Shown here: positions 1 to 7,822 of the stretch, one piece after another
Numbering within the stretch: the first letter of the stretch is position 1
How the letters are laid out: each line of letters starts with the position of its first letter
Assembly: GCA_016839605.1 (NCBI GenBank)
Contig: JAEOTX010000224.1
Span: forward strand, 1 to 13,769
DNA length: 13,769 nucleotides
Direction: 5' to 3'
From: Candidatus Thorarchaeota archaeon
Lineage (GTDB): Archaea > Asgardarchaeota > Thorarchaeia > Thorarchaeales > Thorarchaeaceae
Made by a program: the position numbers and the translations under genes
The notes under the pieces: generated by a model
What the model was told of the DNA's origin: nothing
Databases searched by the model: none
What the model saw: the letters and a program-made list of their open reading frames with translations, nothing else

Positions 1-2710
1 CAATCAACCAGTCAGCCGTCTTGATGACCTCTAGATTGTGTTCGACCAAGATGACTGTGTTGCCTCCCTCTACTAACCGATTCAAAACACGAAGTAGCAC
101 ATGAACGTCAGAAGCCGAGAGACCGGTAGTGGGCTCATCGAGTAAGTAAAGCGTCTGTCCTGTGCTCCGTCGTGAGAGTTCTGAGGCGATCTTCATCCGT
201 TGACTCTCGCCGCCTGAGAGTGTGGTTGCAGGCTGTCCGAGTTCCAAATAACCAAGTCCGACGGCCACTAACGTTGAAAGCTTGTCTGCAACTTTCGGAA
301 TGTCACGGAAGAACTCGAGAGCTTCTTCGATTGTCATTGATAAGACTTCAGTGATGTTCTTGCCCTTGTAGGTCACCTCAAGGGTCTCCCTATCAAAGCG
401 GTCGCCCTTGCACACATCACAGGTCATGAAAACATCGCTCATGAAGTGCATCTCAACCCTGAGCACTCCACTTCCTTTGCACTTCTCACATCGACCCTCC
501 CGTGTATTGAAAGAGAATCTACCAATGGAGAATCCTCTAGCCTTGGCCTCAGGCATCTGTGCGAATAGGGCTCGGATCGATGCGAAGGTCTTCGTGTACG
601 TCGCGGGGTTTGATCTTGGTGTTCTGCCGATGGGCGACTGGTCAACCAATACCAATCTATCGATATGTTCCATCCCCTCAATCTCATCATGCGCTCCTGG
701 AACCGGACCGGTTCCTTCCATCCCCCGACGTAGTGCTCTATACAGGGTTTCATAGGTCAGTGTGCTCTTGCCGCTCCCTGAAACACCAGTCACGCCGATG
801 AGCTTGCCTAATGGGAACTCCACTGTGATATTCTTGAGATTATGCTGGCTCGCACCTTTCAGTACTATTTTCTCCCCATTGCCTTCTCTTCTCATATTTG
901 GTACAGGAATCTGCTTCTTTCCAGCGAGATATTGTGCGGTGAGTGACTTTGGATCTGTCAGGACATCAGCTGGAGGCCCCTCTGCCACTACACGTCCGCC
1001 ATGAATACCTGCTAGTGGACCAAGGTCGATGATGTGGTCAGCCGCCTCTATCGTATCACGATCGTGTTCTATAACCACAACAGTATTGCCAAGAGACCTC
1101 AGATGATAGAAGGTCTCGATGAGGCGGTTGATGTCGCGTGGATGGAGCCCAATCGATGGCTCGTCGAGGCAGTAAAGTACTCCTGTAAGAGCCGAACCAA
1201 TCTGAGTCGCAAGTCGTATTCTCTGACTCTCGCCACCTGAGAGGCTCATTGACAGTCTATCCAGATTCAAATATTCGAGACCCACAGAGATGAGGAACTT
1301 CAATCGAGCCCGTATCTCCTTCAAGACAAGTTCTGCAATCTTCATCTCACGTTCTGTTAGGTCGATCCTCTCGAAGAAGTCGGAAGCTTCTTCGATTGTC
1401 ATTGATGTCACAACATCGATCGGCTTGCCACTTACCGTGACTGCAAGACTCTGAGGCTTGAGCTTCCTTCCGCCGCATGACTCACATGCCATCTTTCGCG
1501 AGAGGACATTCGCGATATAGCCGGCTCGATACTGGTACCATTGCTTCTCGCTAGATTTTCCATCCTCGAAGACTTTCTCCAGCCAAGGTATAAGGCCAAG
1601 CCACTTTCGAGTAATCTCCCATTGGGATGAGTCAGTACGCTGTATGTAGTGGAGTGTTATCTCAGGTCTTCCCCATAGCAGGGTTTCACGTTGAGCCTTG
1701 TTTAGTTCAGAGTAAGGAGTGTCTAATGTGAAGCCAATTTGTTCACCAAGTGCTTCAAGACGACGAGTGAACCACGGCCTATCAGAGCCGTTCACTCTCC
1801 TGCTTATGTCATGGATGGTCATAGACTTGCTGGGTATCACGAGATCTGAGTCAACCGCCATTGTAACTCCGAGGCCATTGCATGTCGTACAAGCTCCGTC
1901 TGGCCGGTTATAGGAGAACGCTTTGGGGCTGAGCTTCTCATATTGAAGGCCGCATTTAGGACACATCAGCTGCTCTGCAAACATAAGGTCAGGTTCCCCC
2001 TCTCTTGCTATGACAGCTGCTCCCTCACCAGTTTCCAGTGCGGTCTCTAGAGACCCTATGAGTCTCTCTCGAACTTTATGGCTGATCTCAAGGCGGTCTA
2101 CAACTACCTCGATGTCATGCTTCTTTCGACCATCAATCTCAATGCCATCGATTTCTTGGATATCGCCATCCACACGCACCCTAGCAAAGCCATTCTTCAG
2201 CAAACCCTGCAGGATCTCTTCATGCCTTCCTGCTTCATCTCTTACAACAGGAGCAAGAACAAAGACTCGATGTCCACCGTTCTCATCGAGGAGGAGTCGT
2301 GCAGCTGATTCAGCAGTCAACTGCTCCATGGCTCGTCCGCACTCGACACAATGGGGGATGCCGATATTGGCATAAAGAAGACGCAGATAGTCATGGATTT
2401 CTGTACTAGTACCGACCGTCGACCTAGGGTTCTTCGTCCTGCCCTTTTGTTCAATCGAGATGGCTGGAGGAAGTCCTGTTATCTTGTCCACCTTTGGCTT
2501 GTCTAGTCTACCAAGGAAACGCCTTGCGTAAGATGATAGTGACTCGACATATCTCCTCTGTCCTTCTGCAAAGATTGTGTCAAAGACTAGTGTGGACTTG
2601 CCTGAACCTGAGGGCCCAGTCACGACAACTAGTCTGTCTCGCGGGATGTCTACGTCGACTTTCTTGAGGTTGTGTTCCTCAGCCTGACGAACCTTGATGA
2701 AGCCAGTCAA
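1..2710 (-). CDS. uvrA: Excinuclease ABC subunit A, second paralog (UvrA-2); 3' end runs off the window (903 codons visible)
   Basis: Not in the ORF track. Manual translation from TTG at 2710-2708 is open to position 2: [58 protein letters not shown]... It has both Walker A motifs ([18 protein letters not shown]), both signatures (LSGGESQR twice), both Walker B motifs ([24 protein letters not shown]), six CxxC zinc motifs (CVEC, CPKC, CTTC, CESC, CEKC, CDVC), NPRSTVGT and [16 protein letters not shown]. It ends at ...[14 protein letters not shown] at the edge, about 40 aa short of the C-terminus by comparison with UvrA-1. Confidence 0.97.
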   Translation of the reverse strand, partial: MTGFIKVRQAEEHNLKKVDVDIPRDRLVVVTGPSGSGKSTLVFDTIFAEGQRRYVESLSSYARRFLGRLDKPKVDKITGLPPAISIEQKGRTKNPRSTVGTSTEIHDYLRLLYANIGIPHCVECGRAMEQLTAESAARLLLDENGGHRVFVLAPVVRDEAGRHEEILQGLLKNGFARVRVDGDIQEIDGIEIDGRKKHDIEVVVDRLEISHKVRERLIGSLETALETGEGAAVIAREGEPDLMFAEQLMCPKCGLQYEKLSPKAFSYNRPDGACTTCNGLGVTMAVDSDLVIPSKSMTIHDISRRVNGSDRPWFTRRLEALGEQIGFTLDTPYSELNKAQRETLLWGRPEITLHYIQRTDSSQWEITRKWLGLIPWLEKVFEDGKSSEKQWYQYRAGYIANVLSRKMACESCGGRKLKPQSLAVTVSGKPIDVVTSMTIEEASDFFERIDLTEREMKIAELVLKEIRARLKFLISVGLEYLNLDRLSMSLSGGESQRIRLATQIGSALTGVLYCLDEPSIGLHPRDINRLIETFYHLRSLGNTVVVIEHDRDTIEAADHIIDLGPLAGIHGGRVVAEGPPADVLTDPKSLTAQYLAGKKQIPVPNMRREGNGEKIVLKGASQHNLKNITVEFPLGKLIGVTGVSGSGKSTLTYETLYRALRRGMEGTGPVPGAHDEIEGMEHIDRLVLVDQSPIGRTPRSNPATYTKTFASIRALFAQMPEAKARGFSIGRFSFNTREGRCEKCKGSGVLRVEMHFMSDVFMTCDVCKGDRFDRETLEVTYKGKNITEVLSMTIEEALEFFRDIPKVADKLSTLVAVGLGYLELGQPATTLSGGESQRMKIASELSRRSTGQTLYLLDEPTTGLSASDVHVLLRVLNRLVEGGNTVILVEHNLEVIKTADWLI
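320..341. repeat. 22-bp exact direct repeat, copy 1 (agcttcttcgattgtcattgat); partner at 1385-1406
   Basis: Read directly from the sequence. It encodes SMTIEEA in the second ABC half of UvrA-2. Confidence 0.9.
1385..1406. repeat. 22-bp exact direct repeat, copy 2; partner at 320-341
   Basis: Identical string, encoding SMTIEEA at the homologous position in the first ABC half of UvrA-2. Confidence 0.9.
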
Positions 2711-5595
2711 TCCTTCGCACCTCCCACCGCCACTAAGTCCTTCAGATATCTCCCAGTGAAAGAGGTCTTCTTCCTCACGATATCCTCCGGTGTACCTTCA
2801 GCGACAACATACCCGCCTTCGTCCCCGCCTTCAGGTCCGAGATCAATGACCCAATCAGCTGTCTTCACAACATCCAGCTGATGCTCTATCACGAGAACTG
2901 TGTTTCCAAGGTCGACAAGGCGATGTAACACTTCTAGAAGCTTCTTAATGTCTGCGAAATGAAGGCCTGTTGTAGGTTCGTCGAGCATTATCAATGTCTG
3001 CCCTGTCGCAGGTCGTGACAGAAACTTGCTGAGCTTGACACGCTGGGCTTCTCCACCCGAGAGAGTTGTAGCTGGTTGGCCTAGCTTAATGTAGCCCATT
3101 CCTACCGCACATAGAGTTTCGAGGCGCCTATGAATCGAAGGAATACCTTCGAAGAACGCTACTGCTTCGTCTATTCTCATGTCAAGGATGTCTGCGATGT
3201 TCTTCCCCTTGAATCGAACCTGTAGAGTTTCTCTATTGTACCGACGTCCCTTGCACTCAGTGCAGGTCACCTGAACGGGAGGGAGGAACTGCATCTCAAT
3301 AATCTCGACTCCTGCTCCACGGCACTTCTCACAACGCCCGCCCTTGACATTGAAACTGAATCGTCCAGGTTTATACCCGCGAATCTGTGACTCTGGAAGG
3401 CTTGAGAACATCTCCCGAAGAGGACTCCATAGTCCAACATATGTTGCTGGATTTGAGCGTGGTGTCCGGCCGATGGGACTCTGATCAATCACAATCACTT
3501 TGTCAAGCTGCTCTGCACCAGCAATCGCGTCATGGGCTCCTGGCTTTTTCTCGGCTTTGTGGAACCTTCGAGCCAGCTCCCTCTGGAGCGTTTCTACGAT
3601 GAGGCTTGACTTCCCGCTCCCTGACACTCCTGTCACTGCAATGAACATGCCAAGAGGAAATCTGATGTTTATATTCTTGAGGTTGTTATGTCTGGCGCCT
3701 TGCACCTCTATGAACCGACCATTTGGGCCTCTTCGTTTCTCAGGGACAGGAATCTCAACCTCGCCTCGGAGGTACTTCGCCGTGATCGATTCCCTTGACT
3801 TCAGAATCCTACTCAAATCGCCAGCCACTACGACCTCGCCACCCTCTGCCCCTGCGCCTGGTCCAAGGTCGACAATATAGTCAGCGCTCTTCATTGTTTC
3901 CTCATCATGCTCGACGACTAAGACAGTGTTACCGAGGTCTCGCAGTCGCATCAAGGAGTTGAGGAGCCTTTGATTGTCTCGTGCATGCAAACCAATAGAG
4001 GGTTCATCACAAACATAGGTCACTCCGACCAGGTTCGAGCCTATCTGACTAGCAAGGCGGATGCGTTGAGCTTCACCACCCGCGAGAGACGGAGCAGTCC
4101 TGTTCAGCGTCAAATAGTCAAGACCAACGTCTCTCAGAAAGCCTATCCTTCCCATGATCTCTCTGAGGATGGGGTCAGCCACTGGTTCAAAGCGTGGATC
4201 TATCTTGACATTGCTGAAGAACTCCTGAAGGCCTTTCACTGATAGGACATCAAGATCTGCAATGGAACGACCACCAAAGGTTATTGCCTGTGATTCTGGC
4301 CTGAGCCGATTGCCGTTGCAAGTGGGGCAGGTCACTTCTGACATGTACCGAGACTCGATCTGTTTTCGAATATACTCAGACTTAGTTTGAGCGTAATTTC
4401 TTACAGCATGCTGCATCCATCCTTCGAAAGGACGCCTGAAGGTTCCGGAATAGGTGACACCATATTCCTCATTCCCGCCTTCCCATGTGGACTCAAAGGT
4501 CTCTTTGCCTGTCCCATGGAGAAGTATTTTCTGCTGCTTCTTTGTGAGGTCTTTCCATTTCGTGTCGAGTGTGAAACCATACTTTTCTGCTACCTTTTTC
4601 AGGCGACTTCGTTTCAACTTCCATTGGTAACCCTTGAGAGCACCTTCACGGATGGTCAGTTCAGGATCCTCGATGAACCTCTCAGCATGAAATTCGCGAA
4701 TTGTACCCATACCTGTGCACTGAGGACATGCACCCTGAGGTGTGTTCCAAGAGAAGATTCGAGGCTCCATCTCTGGCAGACTGATTCCGCAGTCAACACA
4801 GGCGAATTGCTCTGATAGAGTGACGTCACCATCCGATTTCGAGATGACCACAACACCTTCAGCCATATTCAGTGAGGTCTCTACTGCTTCTGAGATTCGA
4901 CCCCGCTCAGATGGCTTCACTCGTACCCTATCAATGACCACCTCAATAGTGTGCTCAAAGTAGCGGTCAAGTGACATTCCTTCCTCAATATCCTTGAGTT
5001 CGCCATCCACTCGGGCTCGGATGTAACCTTTCTTGAGGAGGGCTTTGAATTCTCTGCGATACTCTCCCTTTCTTCCCCTGACAATGGGAGCCATAATCAT
5101 GATTCGAGTGCCTTCCTCAAACTGGAGGATGTTGTCCACAATTTGCTGTGAGGTCTGTGGCTCAATTTTCTTTCCGCACTCAGGACAGTGAGGCTCACCA
5201 ACTCTCGCATAGAGTAGTCGTAGGAAGTCGTAGATCTCAGTTATTGTGCCAACCGTCGACCGAGGGTTCCTACCAACACTCTTCTGGTCAATCGATATCG
5301 AAGGTGAGAGGCCAGACATGAAATCTACTTTGGGTTTCTCAAGCATCCCAAGAAACTGACGTGCATAAGGCGAGAGAGACTCCACGAATCTTCGCTGACC
5401 TTCTGCAAAGATAGTGTCAAAGACCAGGCTTGACTTCCCACTGCCCGAAACCCCAGTAACTACTGTGAGGGTGTTCTTTGGAATCTCCACGTCGATGTGC
5501 CGCAGATTGTGTTCTGCAGCACCCATGACGACGATGGACCTCGGTCCGTCGAACTCAGTTGGGTCACCCTTGCGTTTCTTTGTCGCAGCCTTCAC
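2707..5595 (-). CDS. uvrA: Excinuclease ABC subunit A (UvrA-1), 962 aa
   Basis: Two GVSGSGKSS Walker A motifs, [24 protein letters not shown], an intact UvrB-binding domain (APIVRGRKG...GYIRARVDG...VIDR), signatures LAGGEAQR and [16 protein letters not shown] and DEPTTGLH, and three zinc modules. The GTG start overlaps the uvrB TGA. Confidence 0.98.
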   Translation of the reverse strand: MKAATKKRKGDPTEFDGPRSIVVMGAAEHNLRHIDVEIPKNTLTVVTGVSGSGKSSLVFDTIFAEGQRRFVESLSPYARQFLGMLEKPKVDFMSGLSPSISIDQKSVGRNPRSTVGTITEIYDFLRLLYARVGEPHCPECGKKIEPQTSQQIVDNILQFEEGTRIMIMAPIVRGRKGEYRREFKALLKKGYIRARVDGELKDIEEGMSLDRYFEHTIEVVIDRVRVKPSERGRISEAVETSLNMAEGVVVISKSDGDVTLSEQFACVDCGISLPEMEPRIFSWNTPQGACPQCTGMGTIREFHAERFIEDPELTIREGALKGYQWKLKRSRLKKVAEKYGFTLDTKWKDLTKKQQKILLHGTGKETFESTWEGGNEEYGVTYSGTFRRPFEGWMQHAVRNYAQTKSEYIRKQIESRYMSEVTCPTCNGNRLRPESQAITFGGRSIADLDVLSVKGLQEFFSNVKIDPRFEPVADPILREIMGRIGFLRDVGLDYLTLNRTAPSLAGGEAQRIRLASQIGSNLVGVTYVCDEPSIGLHARDNQRLLNSLMRLRDLGNTVLVVEHDEETMKSADYIVDLGPGAGAEGGEVVVAGDLSRILKSRESITAKYLRGEVEIPVPEKRRGPNGRFIEVQGARHNNLKNINIRFPLGMFIAVTGVSGSGKSSLIVETLQRELARRFHKAEKKPGAHDAIAGAEQLDKVIVIDQSPIGRTPRSNPATYVGLWSPLREMFSSLPESQIRGYKPGRFSFNVKGGRCEKCRGAGVEIIEMQFLPPVQVTCTECKGRRYNRETLQVRFKGKNIADILDMRIDEAVAFFEGIPSIHRRLETLCAVGMGYIKLGQPATTLSGGEAQRVKLSKFLSRPATGQTLIMLDEPTTGLHFADIKKLLEVLHRLVDLGNTVLVIEHQLDVVKTADWVIDLGPEGGDEGGYVVAEGTPEDIVRKKTSFTGRYLKDLVAVGGAKD
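2718..2724 (-). promoter_or_regulatory. Shine-Dalgarno GGAGGTG for uvrA-2, inside the last codons of uvrA-1
   Basis: The minus strand reads GGGAGGTG-CGAAGGA-TTG, a strong SD 7 nt before the TTG that overlaps the uvrA-1 TGA. Confidence 0.8.
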
Positions 5596-7577
5596 GTTCC
5601 GTTGCCCTCAACCTTCTTTCTCAAATCCATAATCTGGTCACGAAGTTTAGCTGCTCGTTCGAACTCTAGGTTCCTAGCAGCCTCCTTCATCTGCTCTTCT
5701 AGGTCAATGATATAGTCCATCATGTCTTCGATCTCTAAGGGATCGAAGTCACCAATCTCAGTCTGTACTGTCTTCTCCAGCCGCACAATGCCTTCAGCGA
5801 TATCACGGATATCTTTCACAATGGTTCGTGGCTCGATGTTGTGTTCCTCATTGAACTTGACCTGATAGCTCCTTCTGCGATTTGTCTCATCTATGGCACT
5901 CTGCATGGCATTCGACACATGATCTCCGTATAGGATGACTCGACCACGTACATTTCGCGAGGCGCGACCCATTGTCTGAATAAGTGCCCAGTCTGTTCTG
6001 AGGAATCCTTCCTTATCAGCATCAAGAACCGCAACAAGACCTACTTCAGGAAGGTCGAGGCCTTCCCGTAATAGATTGATACCAACAAGGACATCAAACT
6101 TGCCCTGCCTGAGCTGTCGAATAATCTCAATTCTCTCAACTGTGCCAATGTCTGAGTGGAGATACCTCGCCTTGATACCAGCTTCAACAAGATACTCCGA
6201 CAACATCTCAGCTGTCTTCTTTGTGAGTGTGGTCACGAGGACTCGATCTCGATCAGCTGTCGTCTTCTTTATCTCACCCAGTAAATGGTCAACCTGTCCT
6301 ACGACTGGACGAACTGTGATGTCCGGGTCTAGAAGACCTGTCGGTCTTAGGAGCTGCTCAACAATCTGGCCGCTCGCTTTTCGCTCGAATGGACCTGGTG
6401 TGGCACTGGTGTACACAACATGTTTCATGTACTTCTCAAACTCGTCAAACTTCATTGGTCGATTGTCAAATGCGGATGGCAGCCTGAAGCCAAAGTCAAC
6501 TAGATTCCTTTTTCGAGAGAGGTCTCCGTTGTGCATTCCTCGAATTTGCGGGATTGTCATATGGCTCTCATCAAGAATCATCAGGAAGTCTTCAGGGAAG
6601 TAATCCAGCAATGTGTAGGGCTTCTCGCCCTTGTTTCGCCCATCAATGTACCGAGAATAGTTCTCAATCCCTTGAGTCCTTCCGGTTTCCCTCATCATCT
6701 CCATATCATAGAGAGTGCGTCGTTTGAGCCGGTCCGCCTCTACAAGCTTACCTTGCTGCCTGAACCACTCAACACGCTCCCGCATCTCCTGCTCAATGGC
6801 ATCCAGAGAGTCTGTGATTCGTTCATAACGAGCAATGTGGTGTCTAGCTGGGAATAGCTCAACCCATTTCATGCTCTCTAAACGTCTTGAAGTCAGGGCT
6901 TCGAGGACTGATATTCTCTCAACAACATCACCATCGAGCTCGATTCTGATACTATTCCGAGAAGCAGATGGACATACATCTATAACATCACCTCGAACGC
7001 GAAATGATCCTGGCTTAACCTCCATGTCATTTCGGTCGTACTGCATTGCTACGAGTTTCTCAAGCAGACTTCGTCTGTCAATCTCTTTTCCAACCTCTAC
7101 CATCATTCTGAAATAGTCATATTCTGATGGATTACCAACTCCATAGATGCAAGACACAGAGGCAACCACAATAACATCCGTTCGAGACCTCAGTGAGTGT
7201 GTCGCTGAGTGCCGGAGGCGTTCAATCTCCTCGTTTATGTCAGCTTCCTTCTCAATGTACATGTCCTTTGATGGCACATATGCTTCTGGCTGGTAGTAAT
7301 CATAATAGGAAACAAAGTATTCCACAGCTGCATTGGGGAAGAACTGCCGATACTCTGAGGCCAGCTGTGCAGCGAGGGTCTTGTTGTGAGAGATAACCAG
7401 AGTAGGCTTGTTGTACTTCTCAATCACATTAGCCATGGTGAATGTCTTGCCACTCCCTGTGACTCCCAGGAGCGTCTGTTGCATGAGACCGCTCTCGAGA
7501 CCCTCCACTAGTTTATCAATCGCCTGTGGCTGATCGCCTGTGGGTTCAAAGGGGGCCACCAGTTTGAACTCTGCCAT
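5592..7577 (-). CDS. uvrB: Excinuclease ABC subunit B (UvrB); preferred start ATG 7577 (661 aa), alternative GTG 7607 (671 aa)
   Basis: PTGDQPQAI, Walker A GVTGSGKT, HNKTLAAQL, beta-hairpin YYDYYQPEAY, DESH, GFRLPSAFDNRP, SATPG, GINLLREGLDLPEV, DADKEGFLR, QTMGRASRN, and the C-terminal UVR coiled coil LEEQMKEAARNLEFERAAKLRDQI. ATG 7577 has GAGGT 8 nt upstream and begins the conserved N-terminus (MAEFKLVAPF). Confidence 0.98.
   Translation of the reverse strand: MAEFKLVAPFEPTGDQPQAIDKLVEGLESGLMQQTLLGVTGSGKTFTMANVIEKYNKPTLVISHNKTLAAQLASEYRQFFPNAAVEYFVSYYDYYQPEAYVPSKDMYIEKEADINEEIERLRHSATHSLRSRTDVIVVASVSCIYGVGNPSEYDYFRMMVEVGKEIDRRSLLEKLVAMQYDRNDMEVKPGSFRVRGDVIDVCPSASRNSIRIELDGDVVERISVLEALTSRRLESMKWVELFPARHHIARYERITDSLDAIEQEMRERVEWFRQQGKLVEADRLKRRTLYDMEMMRETGRTQGIENYSRYIDGRNKGEKPYTLLDYFPEDFLMILDESHMTIPQIRGMHNGDLSRKRNLVDFGFRLPSAFDNRPMKFDEFEKYMKHVVYTSATPGPFERKASGQIVEQLLRPTGLLDPDITVRPVVGQVDHLLGEIKKTTADRDRVLVTTLTKKTAEMLSEYLVEAGIKARYLHSDIGTVERIEIIRQLRQGKFDVLVGINLLREGLDLPEVGLVAVLDADKEGFLRTDWALIQTMGRASRNVRGRVILYGDHVSNAMQSAIDETNRRRSYQVKFNEEHNIEPRTIVKDIRDIAEGIVRLEKTVQTEIGDFDPLEIEDMMDYIIDLEEQMKEAARNLEFERAAKLRDQIMDLRKKVEGNGT
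5605..5609 (-). promoter_or_regulatory. Weak SD-like motif (GAGGG) for uvrA-1
   Basis: Minus strand GGTTGAGGG-CAACGGAAC-GTG, 9 nt spacing. Confidence 0.45.
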
Positions 7578-7585
7578 CTGCTCCG

Positions 7586-7590
7586 ACCTC
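7586..7590 (-). promoter_or_regulatory. SD motif GAGGT for uvrB (ATG 7577)
   Basis: Minus strand GAGAGGT-CGGAGCAG-ATG. Confidence 0.6.
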
Positions 7591-7615
7591 TCGTCAGTGT
7601 CGCTCACACCTGACT

Positions 7616-7631
7616 ACAAGTAACTCTTTGG
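7616..7631 (-). promoter_or_regulatory. Possible archaeal-type BRE/TATA-like promoter for the uvrB-uvrA-uvrA operon
   Basis: Minus strand CCAAAGAG-TTACTTGT is an AT-rich patch of the spacer. It would place a transcription start near 7593, just before the SD. The match to the TATA consensus is poor. Confidence 0.25.
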
Positions 7632-7793
7632 ATTTGTGCCACGCCTCGACAACATCTGAACGACTCGCACTTCTACTAGGAGTTTATCGTCTAGATGGGT
7701 TCGGTCGATGAAACATCAACGTCTGAGGGAGATGGTCGAAAGTATCAGGTGAAGCACCACCTCAAACCGATGAAGGTCGATATATCAGTGACA

Positions 7794-7808
7794 CTCGGAA
7801 TCTCCGAG
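7794..7808 (-). terminator. Short stem-loop 14 nt after the stop of the giant gene (possible 3' end or stability element)
   Basis: CTCGGA-GAT-TCCGAG, a 6-bp stem with a 3-nt loop. There is no U-tract, so function is uncertain. Confidence 0.2.
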
Positions 7809-7822
7809 AATGCTGAGCCTAC

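Noticed and set aside
2042-2055. Perfect 14-bp palindrome ggtctctagagacc (also ggaaccgg-a-ccggttcc at 699-715)
   Set aside because: Both lie inside coding sequence, and about one 14-bp palindrome is expected by chance in 13.8 kb (13769/4^7).
1-5595. Tandem uvrA as an assembly artefact or pseudogene
   Set aside because: The copies differ extensively at DNA and protein level, both frames are intact, and uvrA-2 has its own SD and coupled start.
172-7423. About 25 short ORFs in the track overlapping the uvr genes (e.g. 408-755, 762-1004, 3500-3880, 5414-5632, 6076-6603)
   Set aside because: They are antisense or out-of-frame shadows. The recurring PLP(E/D)TPVT peptide is simply the reverse complement of the Walker A codons.
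7705-7752. C/D-box sRNA-like pattern on the plus strand (tcgatga...ctga...agatgg...gtga) and a hammerhead-like CTGACGA at 7597-7591 on the minus strand
   Set aside because: Three of the four boxes are degenerate and I recognised no rRNA target. The hammerhead candidate lacks the GAAA core and stems.
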